Source: Rhynchopus sp. YZ270_cl-10
Lineage: Eukaryota
Assembly: GCA_964035575.1 (NCBI GenBank)
Contig: OZ037834.1
Coordinates: 124,001 to 188,000 of the forward strand
Direction of reading: 5' to 3'
Length of the DNA: 64,000 nucleotides
Part shown: positions 12,426 through 24,040 of the stretch, piece by piece
Position numbering within the stretch: the stretch's first letter is position 1
Layout of the letters: the number at the start of each line of letters is the position of its first letter
Position numbers and translations under genes: made by a program
The notes under the pieces: generated by a model
What the model saw: only the letters and a program-made list of their open reading frames with translations
Databases searched by the model: none
Told to the model about the DNA's origin: nothing

Positions 12426-13277
12426 TGCCTGTATTTTGACAGGTGGTACCTGTCAAAATGACAGGTACCACCTGTCAAAAATTTTCACCTGTCATTTTAC
12501 TAGTAAAATCACCTGTCATGGTCATAACTAGTCCGTCGTGTAGGTTCCTTAAGGTTTCCCTTACCACACCCATTTCCTTAAGGATTTCCCGGATTTTCCT
12601 TCTAATGACCAAGATGTTTCACCTTGACGCAACTTCAAGAAAGTTTTCGATTTTTTTTTCTTTGGAACGAGGGTTCATAATATCATTCAAATAACGCCGA
12701 TTTCGTCTCGCGAAAATTTTTTGACTGTCACTAGTATTTTGTGTGGAACTCGGCCCGTTTTGCTAAGCAATTTGCCTTGTATTAGTACCTAAAGCCATGG
12801 TCTGGTTTTTATGTAACTTTAACTCCACTAAAGTTTTCGATTTTTTTTTTATTTTATTGGGCGGAGTCCGGAAATGCATACAAGCTAATTTTTTTGGGCG
12901 TTTGTTGACACTTTATTTCTTGAGTCACCGATAAGAAAACGAGAAAAAACTGACACGGCCATTTCAGAAAAAATATTTTTTTTATGGGCAAATTGCGATA
13001 ACACGTATACTTTTTGTTTCGATTTGCGATAACACGTACACAAAAAGTATACGTGTTATCGCGAAAAAGTGTACGTGTTATCGCGAAAAGTGGTCAAAAA
13101 AGTATACGTGTTATCGCGAACAAAAATGTACGTGTTTTCTTCTTCTAAGGTGCTCGCTCTCCATACCTGGACCCTCGAATTTTTTTTTTTTGGCCCAAAA
13201 AGGGCTAATTTCGACGATTTGAGGCCATTAAAAGCAAAATTTGGCACTTTTGAGCATCTGTGGGGGTCTAAAACGAG

Positions 13278-14642
13278 GTACACGCACACGTACACGTACA
13301 CGTACACGTACACGTACACGTACACGTACACGTACACGTACACGTACACGTACACGTACACGTACACGTACACGTACACGTACACGTACACGTACACGTA
13401 CACGTACACGTACACGTACACGTACACGTACACGTACACGTACACGTACACGTACACGTACACGTACACGTACACGTACACGTACACGTACACGTACACG
13501 TACACGTACACGTACACGTACACGTACACGTACACGTACACGTACACGTACACGTACACGTACACGTACACGTACACGTACACGTACACGTACACGTACA
13601 CGTACACGTACACGTACACGTACACGTACACGTACACGTACACGTACACGTACACGTACACGTACACGTACACGTACACGTACACGTACACGTACACGTA
13701 CACGTACACGTACACGTACACGTACACGTACACGTACACGTACACGTACACGTACACGTACACGTACACGTACACGTACACGTACACGTACACGTACACG
13801 TACACGTACACGTACACGTACACGTACACGTACACGTACACGTACACGTACACGTACACGTACACGTACACGTACACGTACACGTACACGTACACGTACA
13901 CGTACACGTACACGTACACGTACACGTACACGTACACGTACACGTACACGTACACGTACACGTACACGTACACGTACACGTACACGTACACGTACACGTA
14001 CACGTACACGTACACGTACACGTACACGTACACGTACACGTACACGTACACGTACACGTACACGTACACGTACACGTACACGTACACGTACACGTACACG
14101 TACACGTACACGTACACGTACACGTACACGTACACGTACACGTACACGTACACGTACACGTACACGTACACGTACACGTACACGTACACGTACACGTACA
14201 CGTACACGTACACGTACACGTACACGTACACGTACACGTACACGTACACGTACACGTACACGTACACGTACACGTACACGTACACGTACACGTACACGTA
14301 CACGTACACGTACACGTACACGTACACGTACACGTACACGTACACGTACACGTACACGTACACGTACACGTACACGTACACGTACACGTACACGTACACG
14401 TACACGTACACGTACACGTACACGTACACGTACACGTACACGTACACGTACACGTACACGTACACGTACACGTACACGTACACGTACACGTACACGTACA
14501 CGTACACGTACACGTACACGTACACGTACACGTACACGTACACGTACACGTACACGTACACGTACACGTACACGTACACGTACACGTACACGTACACGTA
14601 CACGTACACGTACACGTACACGTACACGTACACGTACACGTA
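13278..14642. repeat. (GTACAC)n microsatellite, ~227 units
   Basis: Perfect 6-bp tandem repeat inside element B. Confidence 0.98.
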
Positions 14643-14644
14643 GG

Positions 14645-15611
14645 GTGGGAACACTTAGTCAGTCACTGCTATAGCCATTAACCCAGGGAGCATAGCTAGT
14701 GCAAGAAATTCGACTTTGGAAACCTTCTGGAAAGTCTGTCCTCTGCTTGCGGAGGACTGGGCACAATAAAATATTGCGTTCCCCCAGAAAACCAGTTTTT
14801 GTCACAGTAATTTTTGCCCAGGGCATGCTCTTGAAGCATGGCGGCTTGGTGTGAGAAGGGGCAGTGTATTGTTTTGTTCTAGATTTCGACGGTTGTTAGA
14901 ACGAGTCAAGTGGATGCTTATCTAAACACTGACTTTAGTACAGACCCGAGAGATCACACATGACTTTGAGGAAAGAACAAAGCAATGCATCTGTACCCGC
15001 ACGCCAGGTTGTAGTTACTTCAGAATTTTCTTAAGTTTGCATGAACGAGGAGGGGGCGAATCATTCTTCGGGAACGTGCAGTATACCATGGAATGAGGGT
15101 TCTCAAAAAAACCACGTGGGGGCTGAATTCATATCCCTTAGAATTGCGAATTCAGCCTTTGCAGAAGGTACGTCTTACTTGTACTTGTACTTGTATGCCG
15201 TGTCACCCTTCTCAACCTCACCGGTTCACAACGTTCGAATAATAGTAGACAGTGGTAACCCTTCTCGATTGTGCAAACTTAAGAATTTTCTGCTGTAACT
15301 TACCAAAATCGATTTTCTTTCACCCCAAACACCCTCAACACCCCACCTGCTACTTCGGTAGCCTGTGTTGTTGGGAGTTGGTTCTCATGTTGATCCCCAG
15401 TGTCTTGCACTGCTTCTTCTGAGCCCAACGCTGTTTGGCCTGTCGACGTACTAAATACGAAGACAGGGGGGCGGTGCCAACAATTTTCCAATGATGTAAC
15501 GTTTATCTATTATAAGATTGATTTATCGTTTGATATACCTTGTGTCCTACTTCACCTGCACACCTAAGGTTATTGAACGGTACTTTCAAGTGATACTTCG
15601 TTATGTCATTG
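14645..15611. repeat. Shared internal cargo, copy 2
   Basis: Direct repeat of 10485-11432. Confidence 0.9.
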
Positions 15612-15977
15612 GGTACCTGGGTACCTGGGTACCTGGGTACCTGGGTACCTGGGTACCTGGGTACCTGGGTACCTGGGTACCTGGGTACCTGGGTACCTGG
15701 GTACCTGGGTACCTGGGTACCTGGGTACCTGGGTACCTGGGTACCTGGGTACCTGGGTACCTGGGTACCTGGGTACCTGGGTACCTGGGTACTGGGTACT
15801 GGGTACTGGGTACTGGGTACTGGGTACTGGGTACTGGGTACTGGGTACTGGGTACTGGGTACTGGGTACTGGGTACTGGGTACTGGGTACTGGGTACTGG
15901 GTACTGGGTACTGGGTACTGGGTACTGGGTACTGGGTACTGGGTACTGGGTACTGGGTACTGGGTACTGGGTACTGG
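15611..15977. repeat. Compound microsatellite: (GGTACCTG)~22 followed by (GGGTACT)~27
   Basis: Unit switches from 8 bp to 7 bp at ~15788; array abuts the right TIR of element B. Confidence 0.97.
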
Positions 15978-16252
15978 AAAACACGTACGTTTTTGTTCGC
16001 GATAACACGTACACTTTTTCGCGATAACACGTATACTTTTTGTGTACGTGTTATCGCAAATCGAAAAAAAAAGTATACGTGTTATCGCAATTTACCCTTT
16101 TTTAATTTTTTTGAGATTTTTATTTCTTTTGAAAGCGCGGTTTCGAAACGTTCAATTCCGGTGTCGGACGATAAAAAATATGCATCTCACATTTCTGAGT
16201 GAAAAATATGAAAAAGTATACGGCTAGCGAGATTTTGGATGATATATATCTC

Positions 16253-16317
16253 TGGTGTGGCTGAAAGGGGGGTGCTACGCACTTCTGCGCACTTTTTGCA
16301 CCCATTCAGCCACACCA
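16253..16317. mobile_element. 65-bp mini foldback/MITE with TGGTGTGGCTGAA TIRs
   Basis: 13-bp perfect TIR. Related copy at 51961-52065 (inverted) and a partial copy at ~61075-61148. Confidence 0.55.
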
Positions 16318-17512
16318 ATAATGTGTTTAAAAAAGTGGCTTTTTTTGGCATTTCGCCGCAATTATGAAAAAACTGATGATTAGCGAACACCCGGTTACAT
16401 CTGGTAATAAAGAAAAAAATAAAGAAAAACGTTGGAGACCCGTTCAAAAAAACCCCCCCGCCCCACCCACTCTCAATCCGTAATGATTGCCTGACATGGG
16501 GTCCTTGGGCACCAAAAGCAAGCCAACAGTGAAACCACACGTCAAGTCAGTTATTCTTCGTCGTTGTGTAGCGCAAAACCAGTACTGTTCCACAACTACA
16601 GCTACTGTAGTGAAGAGGTGGGGAAGGAAGGTTGTGTGCGTGGAAGAAGAAAAAGAAGGGGGGAAAAAACGATACTGCGTGGGGTGCAGGAAGCATGTGG
16701 TCAAGACACCTGTCGTATGCAGCTTGCATGACTTTCAAACAACCACACACATCAATAAAGCGAGGAGAAAAGTTGCGAGATGAACGTGCACACCAAAAAA
16801 ATAATAAAAATGGACTTTATCCATACAATCAAACACGTTAATTTCATGTACCTTTGTTCCAATCAAAGACTATAAAGACACATAAAAGGACATTCAAACG
16901 ATAAAAATAAAAAGAGAAAAACGTTGCAGAAGATCACTAAGGCTCTCGTACTCAGTCACCATCAAGAAAGAAGGATGAAAAAAAATTTGAAGGAATAAAT
17001 GCAGGCACCTCCGACTGACCTACGTACGATGCCAGACCCGGATGAAAGCAGAAGAAGAATAGTCGAACAGCACATTCGTAACGTTGTTCCGTCTCTTCTG
17101 TCAATAAAAGAAGATAACCCCCAGTAACCCCAGACTGCTCACTCCCGACGTTAAGACTGGAAAACATTATCCTTGCTTCAGGGAGGAGCCGAATCTATAG
17201 CAACACACTACAGGATTCAGGCCCGGGGTCAACTAAACAGAGCTATAGAGAAAGAAAAGGCTTTTGTAAGATGGAACGACCACGTGTTAAGACAACCGCA
17301 ACACATGAAGAGAAAGAAAAAATGAAAGATAATGGCAAATATTCACAGTACCTGCCATACACACTCTTTACACACTAAATACACAGCTGCGCTCAGTAGG
17401 CTGCAGCAACACACCTTCACACACTGCCTGTTGCGGGTCTACATCTTCATATGAACACTAAAGAGTGTCATAACCCCCAGTCAAGTGTAACAATAATAAT
17501 AAGACCACCTCG

Positions 17513-19333
17513 CTACGCAAAAACGTTGCTGTTGAGGGCAGGCTCCACACGCTGCAGAGACGTCTCCGCCTGAATCAGATCCACAGCAACCTTCACCTTG
17601 TGCAGGAACTCAATGTCGAACTCCTGTGCAAACCTGTCGTCGTACAGTTGGTGGTGCTCCGTCATGCTCTTCCCGAAGAAGGTGATCCCAATCGTGCGTC
17701 CTTCAGCGTCCTTCCCAACAGGCACCTGCAGCTTCGGCACAGGGAAGTGTTTGAACATAAGAAGAATAGGGAGGTTGTGGTGAAGGATGTTGGCAGAGTA
17801 CTCCAGTTTGTAGGTGCCGTCCTCCTGCAGAATCTCTGCAGGTGCCTTCGACTCAGCCAACTCGTCCAGTTTGCATGAAGGCGAAAACTGTGTTGGCACA
17901 CAGATCAGGTCCACATCGTTGTCGTCAAAGTATCTGTTCCAGTGCTTCATTGCCTCGAACGCTTGGTAGTCTAGCGCACGGAACTGTGACTCGTCAGTCG
18001 CCTTGCTGGTCATCATAAAGCTCCCAGGGTTGTGGCTTGCACCGCAGGGTCTGCAGTCTCCTACGATCTGCGCCACGCTCGCTTCCTTGGACAGGAACTT
18101 CTCGTTCCATGTGGCGATGTTGCCCAAAAAGGTGTGACACTGAACGAAGAACGGCTCAAAATGCTTGCCATTGATGTCATAGCCAAAGTGCATGTGGTAC
18201 AACGCGTTCACTTCCCCAAGCTTGTCGGACGACACCTTGTGCCACTCCTTCCCAGACACAACCTTGACAGATGAAGACGTCTCCAGCACCTTCTGCACAG
18301 AGTCCAGTGCATCCCTGATGCACTCAGCTGCACGCATGCTGCGAACACCAAATACATTTGGTGCGTCCTTTGGCATGGTATAGTTCACAAAGTACTCCTT
18401 CGGGAAGGCAACCTTCACCACACTGCCAGCAACCTTCTGCTTCGCCTGCTCGTGCAAGTCTGCATGTCCGTTCAGAGCAATGTCCGCAAGGATGATGTCG
18501 TCAAACGTGCGTGCATGTAGGCCAATCTGATCACAGAAGGACGTCATACCAGGGTTGCCCTCATTTGGGTAGTGGTTGCGCACAGGGTCGTACCCAAAGA
18601 TCCCGTTCATGCTTGCAGGGTGCCTGGTCGAGCCTCCGGTGTCTTCGCTCACAGACAGAGGAACAATCCTTGCAGCCACAGCGGCACCACTTCCTCCACT
18701 GCTCCCACCTGGAGAAAAGCTCAGGTCGTGTGGATTCCTCGTCTGCCCGTTTGTGTGGTTGGTGGTCACAAACGACGCAGCAAACTCAGGTACATTTGTC
18801 AACCCCATGATCACAGCGTTCCTTGACTTCAGCAATGCAATCATATCTGCGTCTTTGCAGGCAGGTGACCCGCCAAGAATCCCCGTTCCTGCAGAAGTCT
18901 TGAAGTCAGCCGACGCAGCCGTTCCCTTCATGGAAACAGGAAGGCCGTACAACGGTGCCACAGACTCAACCCCAGACTGCTTCACCTTCTCGTCAATTGC
19001 CACAGCCTGCCGCAGGATCACGTCCACCTCTGAGTACACAGTCACAAAGTGGGTGTTGAGACACTTGTAGTGCAGGAGTCTGTCCACCAGAAGACGCACA
19101 TAGGCCTCACACGTGACCCTCCCTGCCTTGAACTCAGCAATGTACTCGGCAACGTTCCACCGCACCATCACCTTCTGCTCTGCAGTCAGCTCCTGCTCCG
19201 TTGGCTTTGGGATGTGGTCTCTGAACCACTGTGCAACTGCGGCCCACTTCGCTGGGCCTTCTTCCTGGCCATCCAACAGCTCTTTTGGAGGGAAGTCGGC
19301 GTGGAACGGAACATCTTTGGATGAGTACGCCAT
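17513..19333 (-). CDS. Amidase-signature family hydrolase, copy 1 (606 aa)
   Basis: PLYGLPVSMKG, SPGGSSGGSGAAVAA and EDTGGSTRHPAS give the Lys-cisSer-Ser triad. Likely start MAYSSKDV at 19333, conserved in both copies just downstream of a pyrimidine-rich tract and CAG. Confidence 0.92.
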   Translation of the reverse strand: MAYSSKDVPFHADFPPKELLDGQEEGPAKWAAVAQWFRDHIPKPTEQELTAEQKVMVRWNVAEYIAEFKAGRVTCEAYVRLLVDRLLHYKCLNTHFVTVYSEVDVILRQAVAIDEKVKQSGVESVAPLYGLPVSMKGTAASADFKTSAGTGILGGSPACKDADMIALLKSRNAVIMGLTNVPEFAASFVTTNHTNGQTRNPHDLSFSPGGSSGGSGAAVAARIVPLSVSEDTGGSTRHPASMNGIFGYDPVRNHYPNEGNPGMTSFCDQIGLHARTFDDIILADIALNGHADLHEQAKQKVAGSVVKVAFPKEYFVNYTMPKDAPNVFGVRSMRAAECIRDALDSVQKVLETSSSVKVVSGKEWHKVSSDKLGEVNALYHMHFGYDINGKHFEPFFVQCHTFLGNIATWNEKFLSKEASVAQIVGDCRPCGASHNPGSFMMTSKATDESQFRALDYQAFEAMKHWNRYFDDNDVDLICVPTQFSPSCKLDELAESKAPAEILQEDGTYKLEYSANILHHNLPILLMFKHFPVPKLQVPVGKDAEGRTIGITFFGKSMTEHHQLYDDRFAQEFDIEFLHKVKVAVDLIQAETSLQRVEPALNSNVFA

Positions 19334-20404
19334 GGCTGGTGTGATGTCTCCTGCATGAGGATGGGAATTGCGTGGGGAGGTAGGGAGGGTGCGTGGGGGG
19401 CAATAAAGCAAAGACAATCCTCCGTTTTGTATTGCGTCAAACAAATGACAATTTCACTGTGAACAACTACAATTCTTCGCAGAGAGACACTGCATCCCAT
19501 AGAGTGTGACAGAGATGACACATCAGGAACTCTGGCAGGACACTTTTTCATTTATAATAAAAAATCGGATGTGGATAAAAGAAAAACTGAACAATCAATA
19601 AGAAGAAGACGAAGTGTTATGGCTGCGCACTGTATGCTGCATCCAAACACTTTCACACAAAAAAAAAACATACAAAAAGACTCTTGGATTCCACATGGAA
19701 TGAAAACAAAAACAGACGGAAAGAAAAGGGTACCAGACGTTCGGACCCACAGCCGTATTCAGAACACTTTACATTGTGCAATACTGGGTCTTTCAAGAGA
19801 AAACCTGCAGGGCGAATATGCCTGCTGACAAAGTACTCTACTTTCCGTAGAAGGAAATCATTGATCTCTACACACATTGACACCATGTGTCCACATATAG
19901 ATATGGCACATCTTGAGATGACCCAATCACTGACCGTAAAGTACATCCACACCACCTGACACCTAATACCCCACCTTATCGGATATGTTGTCAGCAACAT
20001 GGCACAACAACTCCGTGTGCAGGGGGATTGCATGCACCTAAGGGGTGTCACGTACAATGCTCTCTTCTGTGGGCTGAGACGCTGTGTCCTCCTACTGTTC
20101 CTACGACAGTGAGAGACAGCACCTGAGAGAGAGGGCTTGTGGGGTATGCAGCTCATGTCTGGGGGTGTGGTCGTGAGCCTCCTCCGCGGTATGTGTTGAG
20201 CAGACTGTGGTCATTTCACATTCTGGTGGAATAACGTTGACATTGAAGGTGTGGCTTAACAATATCCTGCAATGTGTTCGTGGATAATGAGGTGAATTCT
20301 GTTTATGGCAGTCCGCAGTTTTCGTGCATGATGTGAAGGCTGTGCCAGGGTAACAAAAATAAAAGAGAAAAGAAATTTTAAAAAAAAAGGGTAAGATGAG
20401 ACCC

Positions 20405-22225
20405 CTACGCAAAAACGTTGCTGTTGAGGGCAGGCTCCACACGCTGCAGAGACGTCTCCGCATGAATCAGATCCACAGCAACCTTCACCTTGTGCAGGAA
20501 CTCAATGTCGAACTCCTGTGCAAACCTGTCGTCGTACAGTTGGTGGTGCTCCGTCATGCTCTTCCCGAAGAAGGTGATCCCAATCGTGCGTCCTTCAGCG
20601 TCCTTCCCAACAGGCACCTGCAGCTTCGGCACAGGGAATTCTTTGAACATCATTAATATTGGGTAGTTCAGGTGGTACAGTCGTGCAGAGTACTCCAGTT
20701 TGTAGGTGCCGTCCTCCTGCAGAATCTCTGCAGGTGCCTTCGACTCAGCCAACTCGTCCAGTTTGCATGAAGGCGAAAACTGTGTTGGCACACAGATCAG
20801 GTCCACATCGTTGTCGTCGAAGTATCTGTTCCAGTGCTTCATTGCCTCGAACGCTTGGTAGTCGGAAGCGCGGAACTGTGACTCGTCAGTCACCTTGCTT
20901 TGCAGCATGGTCTTTCCGGGGTTGTGGCTTGCACCGCATGGGCGTATGTCTGCAATTACGTCACCCATGCACACTGGTTTGGACAGGAACTTCTCGTTCC
21001 ACGTTGCAACGTTCCCAATGAAAGGATGACACTGAACGTGACACGGATCAAAATGCTTGCCATTCACATCAACCCCAAAGTTCATGTGGTACAACGCGTT
21101 CACTTCCCCAAGCCTCGTAGACGACACCTTGTGCCACTCCTTCCCAGACACAACCTTGACAGATGAAGACGTCTCCAGCACCTTCTGCACAGAGTCCAGC
21201 GCATCCCTGATGCACTCAGCTGCACGCAGGCTGCGAACACCAAATGCGTTCGGTGCGTCCTTTGGCACGGTGTAGTTCACAAAGTACTCCTTCGGGAAGG
21301 CAACCTTCACCACACTGCCAGCAACCTTCTGCTTCGCCTGCTCGTGCAAGTCTGCATGTCCGTTCAAAGCAATGTCCGCAAGGATGATGTCGTCAAACGT
21401 GCGTGCATGTAGACCAACTTGGTCGCAGAAGGAAGTTATACCAGGGTTGCCCTCATTTGGGTAGTGGTTGCGCACAGGGTCGTACCCAAAGATCCCGTTC
21501 ATGCTTGCAGGGTGCCTGGTCGAGCCTCCGGTGTCTTCGCTCACAGACAGAGGAACAATCCTTGCAGCCACAGCGGCACCACTTCCTCCACTGCTCCCAC
21601 CTGGAGAAAAGCTCAGGTCGTGTGGATTCCTCGTCTGCCCGTTTGTGTGGTTGGTGGTCACAAACGACGCAGCAAACTCAGGCACATTTGTCAACCCCAT
21701 GATCACAGCGTTCCTTGACTTCAGCAATGCAATCATATCTGCGTCTTTGCAGGCAGGTGACCCGCCAAGAATCCCCGTTCCTGCAGAAGTCTTGAAGTCA
21801 GCCGACGCAGCCGTTCCCTTCATGGAAACAGGAAGGCCGTACAACGGTGCCACAGACTCAACCCCAGACTGCTTCACCTTCTCGTCAATTGCCACAGCCT
21901 GCCGCAGGATCACATCCACCTCTGAGTACACAGTCACAAAATGGGTGTTGAGACACTTGTAGTGCAGGAGTCTGTCCACCAGAAGACGCACATAGGCCTC
22001 ACACGTGACCCTCCCTGCCTTGAACTCAGCAATGTACTCGGCAACGTTCCACCGCACCATCACCTTCTGCTCTGCAGTCAGCTCCTGTTCTGTTGGCTTT
22101 GGGATGTGGTCTCTGAACCACTGTGCAACTGCGGCCCACTTCGCTGGGCCTTCTTCCTGGCCATCCAACAGCTCCTTTGGAGGGAAGTCAGCGTGGAACA
22201 GGACATCTTTGGATGAGTACGCCAT
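20405..22225 (-). CDS. Amidase-signature family hydrolase, copy 2 (606 aa), tandem paralogue
   Basis: Same length and motifs as copy 1; offset 2892 bp. Confidence 0.92.
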   Translation of the reverse strand: MAYSSKDVLFHADFPPKELLDGQEEGPAKWAAVAQWFRDHIPKPTEQELTAEQKVMVRWNVAEYIAEFKAGRVTCEAYVRLLVDRLLHYKCLNTHFVTVYSEVDVILRQAVAIDEKVKQSGVESVAPLYGLPVSMKGTAASADFKTSAGTGILGGSPACKDADMIALLKSRNAVIMGLTNVPEFAASFVTTNHTNGQTRNPHDLSFSPGGSSGGSGAAVAARIVPLSVSEDTGGSTRHPASMNGIFGYDPVRNHYPNEGNPGITSFCDQVGLHARTFDDIILADIALNGHADLHEQAKQKVAGSVVKVAFPKEYFVNYTVPKDAPNAFGVRSLRAAECIRDALDSVQKVLETSSSVKVVSGKEWHKVSSTRLGEVNALYHMNFGVDVNGKHFDPCHVQCHPFIGNVATWNEKFLSKPVCMGDVIADIRPCGASHNPGKTMLQSKVTDESQFRASDYQAFEAMKHWNRYFDDNDVDLICVPTQFSPSCKLDELAESKAPAEILQEDGTYKLEYSARLYHLNYPILMMFKEFPVPKLQVPVGKDAEGRTIGITFFGKSMTEHHQLYDDRFAQEFDIEFLHKVKVAVDLIHAETSLQRVEPALNSNVFA

Positions 22226-22599
22226 GGCTGGTGTGGTGTCTCCTGCATGAGGATGGGAATTATGTGGGGAGGTAGGGTGGGTGGGTGTCTGGAAACAAGT
22301 TAAGAAAAGTTCACAAGTGAAGTAAGGCTCTCGTCTCCGATACTTTGAGCAACTCAAGCATCACATCATATCATTTCAAAGACAAGAAGATTCTACACTA
22401 ACTCTAAAACAAACTTGACTTTGCAACATCGTGAACCGGAGCTTCAACCTTCGAGGGCAACATATCATTGTCTATCAAAAATACAGAGATGCACCACTGT
22501 ATTGTGCAAAAACCACTATAAAAACGCGGGCAAACTGAGTCCGTAAAGAATTGTCAAACTTTGGTTCCGTAAAAGCACAATATGGTGTAAAGACATACT

Positions 22600-22635
<36 letters not shown>

Positions 22636-23056
22636 TTTCAAAACCTTCTTTGACCTCTTGGCCGTGTAGCAACGCGACATCGTCGTCCCGCAAACCCTAC
22701 TCAACCAACACTACCGAAACATGACACAATAGCGAAAAAAGCAAATTCTAGAAAACACTTGTGTTTTCTAGTTTTTGCTGTTGCCGATTCGCCACCTCCT
22801 CAGTCTCTAACCCCCCATGTAGATTCCGACCAAAAATCGGTTTTTTTTTTTTTTCACGGGTAAGAGCAGGGTTTCCGCGTTCTTCCGGTGTTTTCGAAGG
22901 GGGCGGACGAGTTTTTTTTCCCCCCCAAAAATTTTTTTTTTACTAGTGCTTAACACAATACAGGTCGAGCCCGGCGCGCTTCGCGCGCCGGGTCGGGGGC
23001 CTCCGGCGGAGTTGTCTCGCCTCACGGTCTTTCGTGAGACACAACAGGTGAGAAAC

Positions 23057-23542
23057 TCACGTTACGAGATACTCGAAAACAAAGCGTGGCGGGTGGTGGA
23101 ATAAGCGCTCAGCTGTGCTTGTACCCACAGGAAGAGTGAACAAGAGACGGAGTAACGTCCTCATCTGAGGGTACTCGGTGTCACCTTCCTCATTGAGCTC
23201 AACATACATCAGAACGTCACGAAGAGTTGTCATTGAGGTGCACACCCTCAACGCCGACTTGAGCTCTTGCCACTCTGCCAACAGGTCACTGAATTCAACC
23301 CCCTGCACAATACTGGCTGTCTGGAACTGCTTCCGTTCAGCGGTGTCGCTGTACACCGGCTTCAGCGCATCCCCGCCCACGACATCGTGATGCATGTAGG
23401 ACAGTTTGTGGGGGGTGAAGAACTGGTCGTACAATCTGCCTAGCTGTTCAATGCTGTACTCCGTGCGCAAACCCGCAAAGGGTTTGAGGGGAATGATAGA
23501 GGGGGATACCATAAGTGCGGCCGCAGATCTGCGCGACGCCAA
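23057..23542 (-). pseudogene. Truncated hAT transposase remnant (C-terminal region)
   Basis: EWQELK...EYPQMRTLLRLLFTLPVGTSTAERLF matches the hAT dimerisation domain; truncated right after ERxF. Confidence 0.75.
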
Positions 23543-23739
23543 AGAGGGGAGGACTTTATTTTTCTATACGGGGTGGGGTGCGTCCCCTGCGGGGCCGCAC
23601 CCCACTCGTCCACTTTACAATTCTACAAAACACTTGTGTTTTTAGTCTTTTAACTTGAGCCGGCGCCACCCGCAGTCCCTCCCCCCCCAAAATCCCCCTT
23701 ATATCCCCCGCCCCGGGGGGTTTTTGACCAAAAACCGGT

Positions 23740-24040
23740 TTTTTTTTCAGGGTGTAGAAGCTTCGCCCAGCCGAAAAAACGTTTTCTTTGGAAAGATCGG
23801 ACACTTTTTGGGGGGTTTACGGCTTCAAGGAAGCTGGGACCCCTGGCAGACCCGGATTCCAGGGTGTCGCGAGTACCCCTTTTTGCCTTAGCAAAACACG
23901 TGTATCTTAAGGGTTCCACAGGGTTCTGCAGGCAAAACAGGCGTTTTCGCCAAAAACACGGTTTTTCAGGCAGGTAACCAGGTTTGCGGCTTGGGAAACG
24001 TGCCAGCGAGGTGTGAGAACCATGCGTGGGCCACACACGG
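23740..24040 (+). repeat. Diverged partial copy of the satellite-block module
   Basis: CCAGGGTGTCGCGAGTACCCC...GAGAACCATGCGTGGG is homologous to 26366-26528. Confidence 0.85.

Larger units (their letters stand above)
8591..12540. mobile_element. Non-autonomous DNA transposon A, with CACGACGGACTAGTTATG TIRs and flanking TA
   Basis: 8591 CACGACGGACTAGTTATGGCCATGACAGGTGAT matches the reverse complement ending at 12540 with 1 mismatch. TA at 8589-8590 and 12541-12542. Subterminal TGACAGGT repeats at both ends. Confidence 0.85.
12986..16097. mobile_element. Non-autonomous Mutator-like element B with GGG(C/T)AAATTGCGATAACACGT TIRs (~120-150 bp)
   Basis: 12986-13140 is an inverted match to 15977-16097, built of GCGATAACACGTA subrepeats. 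The 9-bp flanks TTTTTTTAT / TTTTTTAAT match 8/9 (putative TSD, weak because T-rich). Confidence 0.8.

Noticed and set aside
11361..16202. Long ORFs with GTWVPGYL, YV/TR/TY and GTGYWVL repeats
   Set aside because: Stop-free translations of perfect microsatellites, open in most frames on both strands and with no synonymous variation.
16487..16783. Cys-containing ORF resembling a piggyBac C-terminal domain
   Set aside because: Only RYCVGC-type similarity; no adjacent DDD domain or TIRs found.
19653..20340. Coding-like sequence between the amidases
   Set aside because: No recognisable motif; alternative frames contain stops; at most an unassignable pseudogene fragment.
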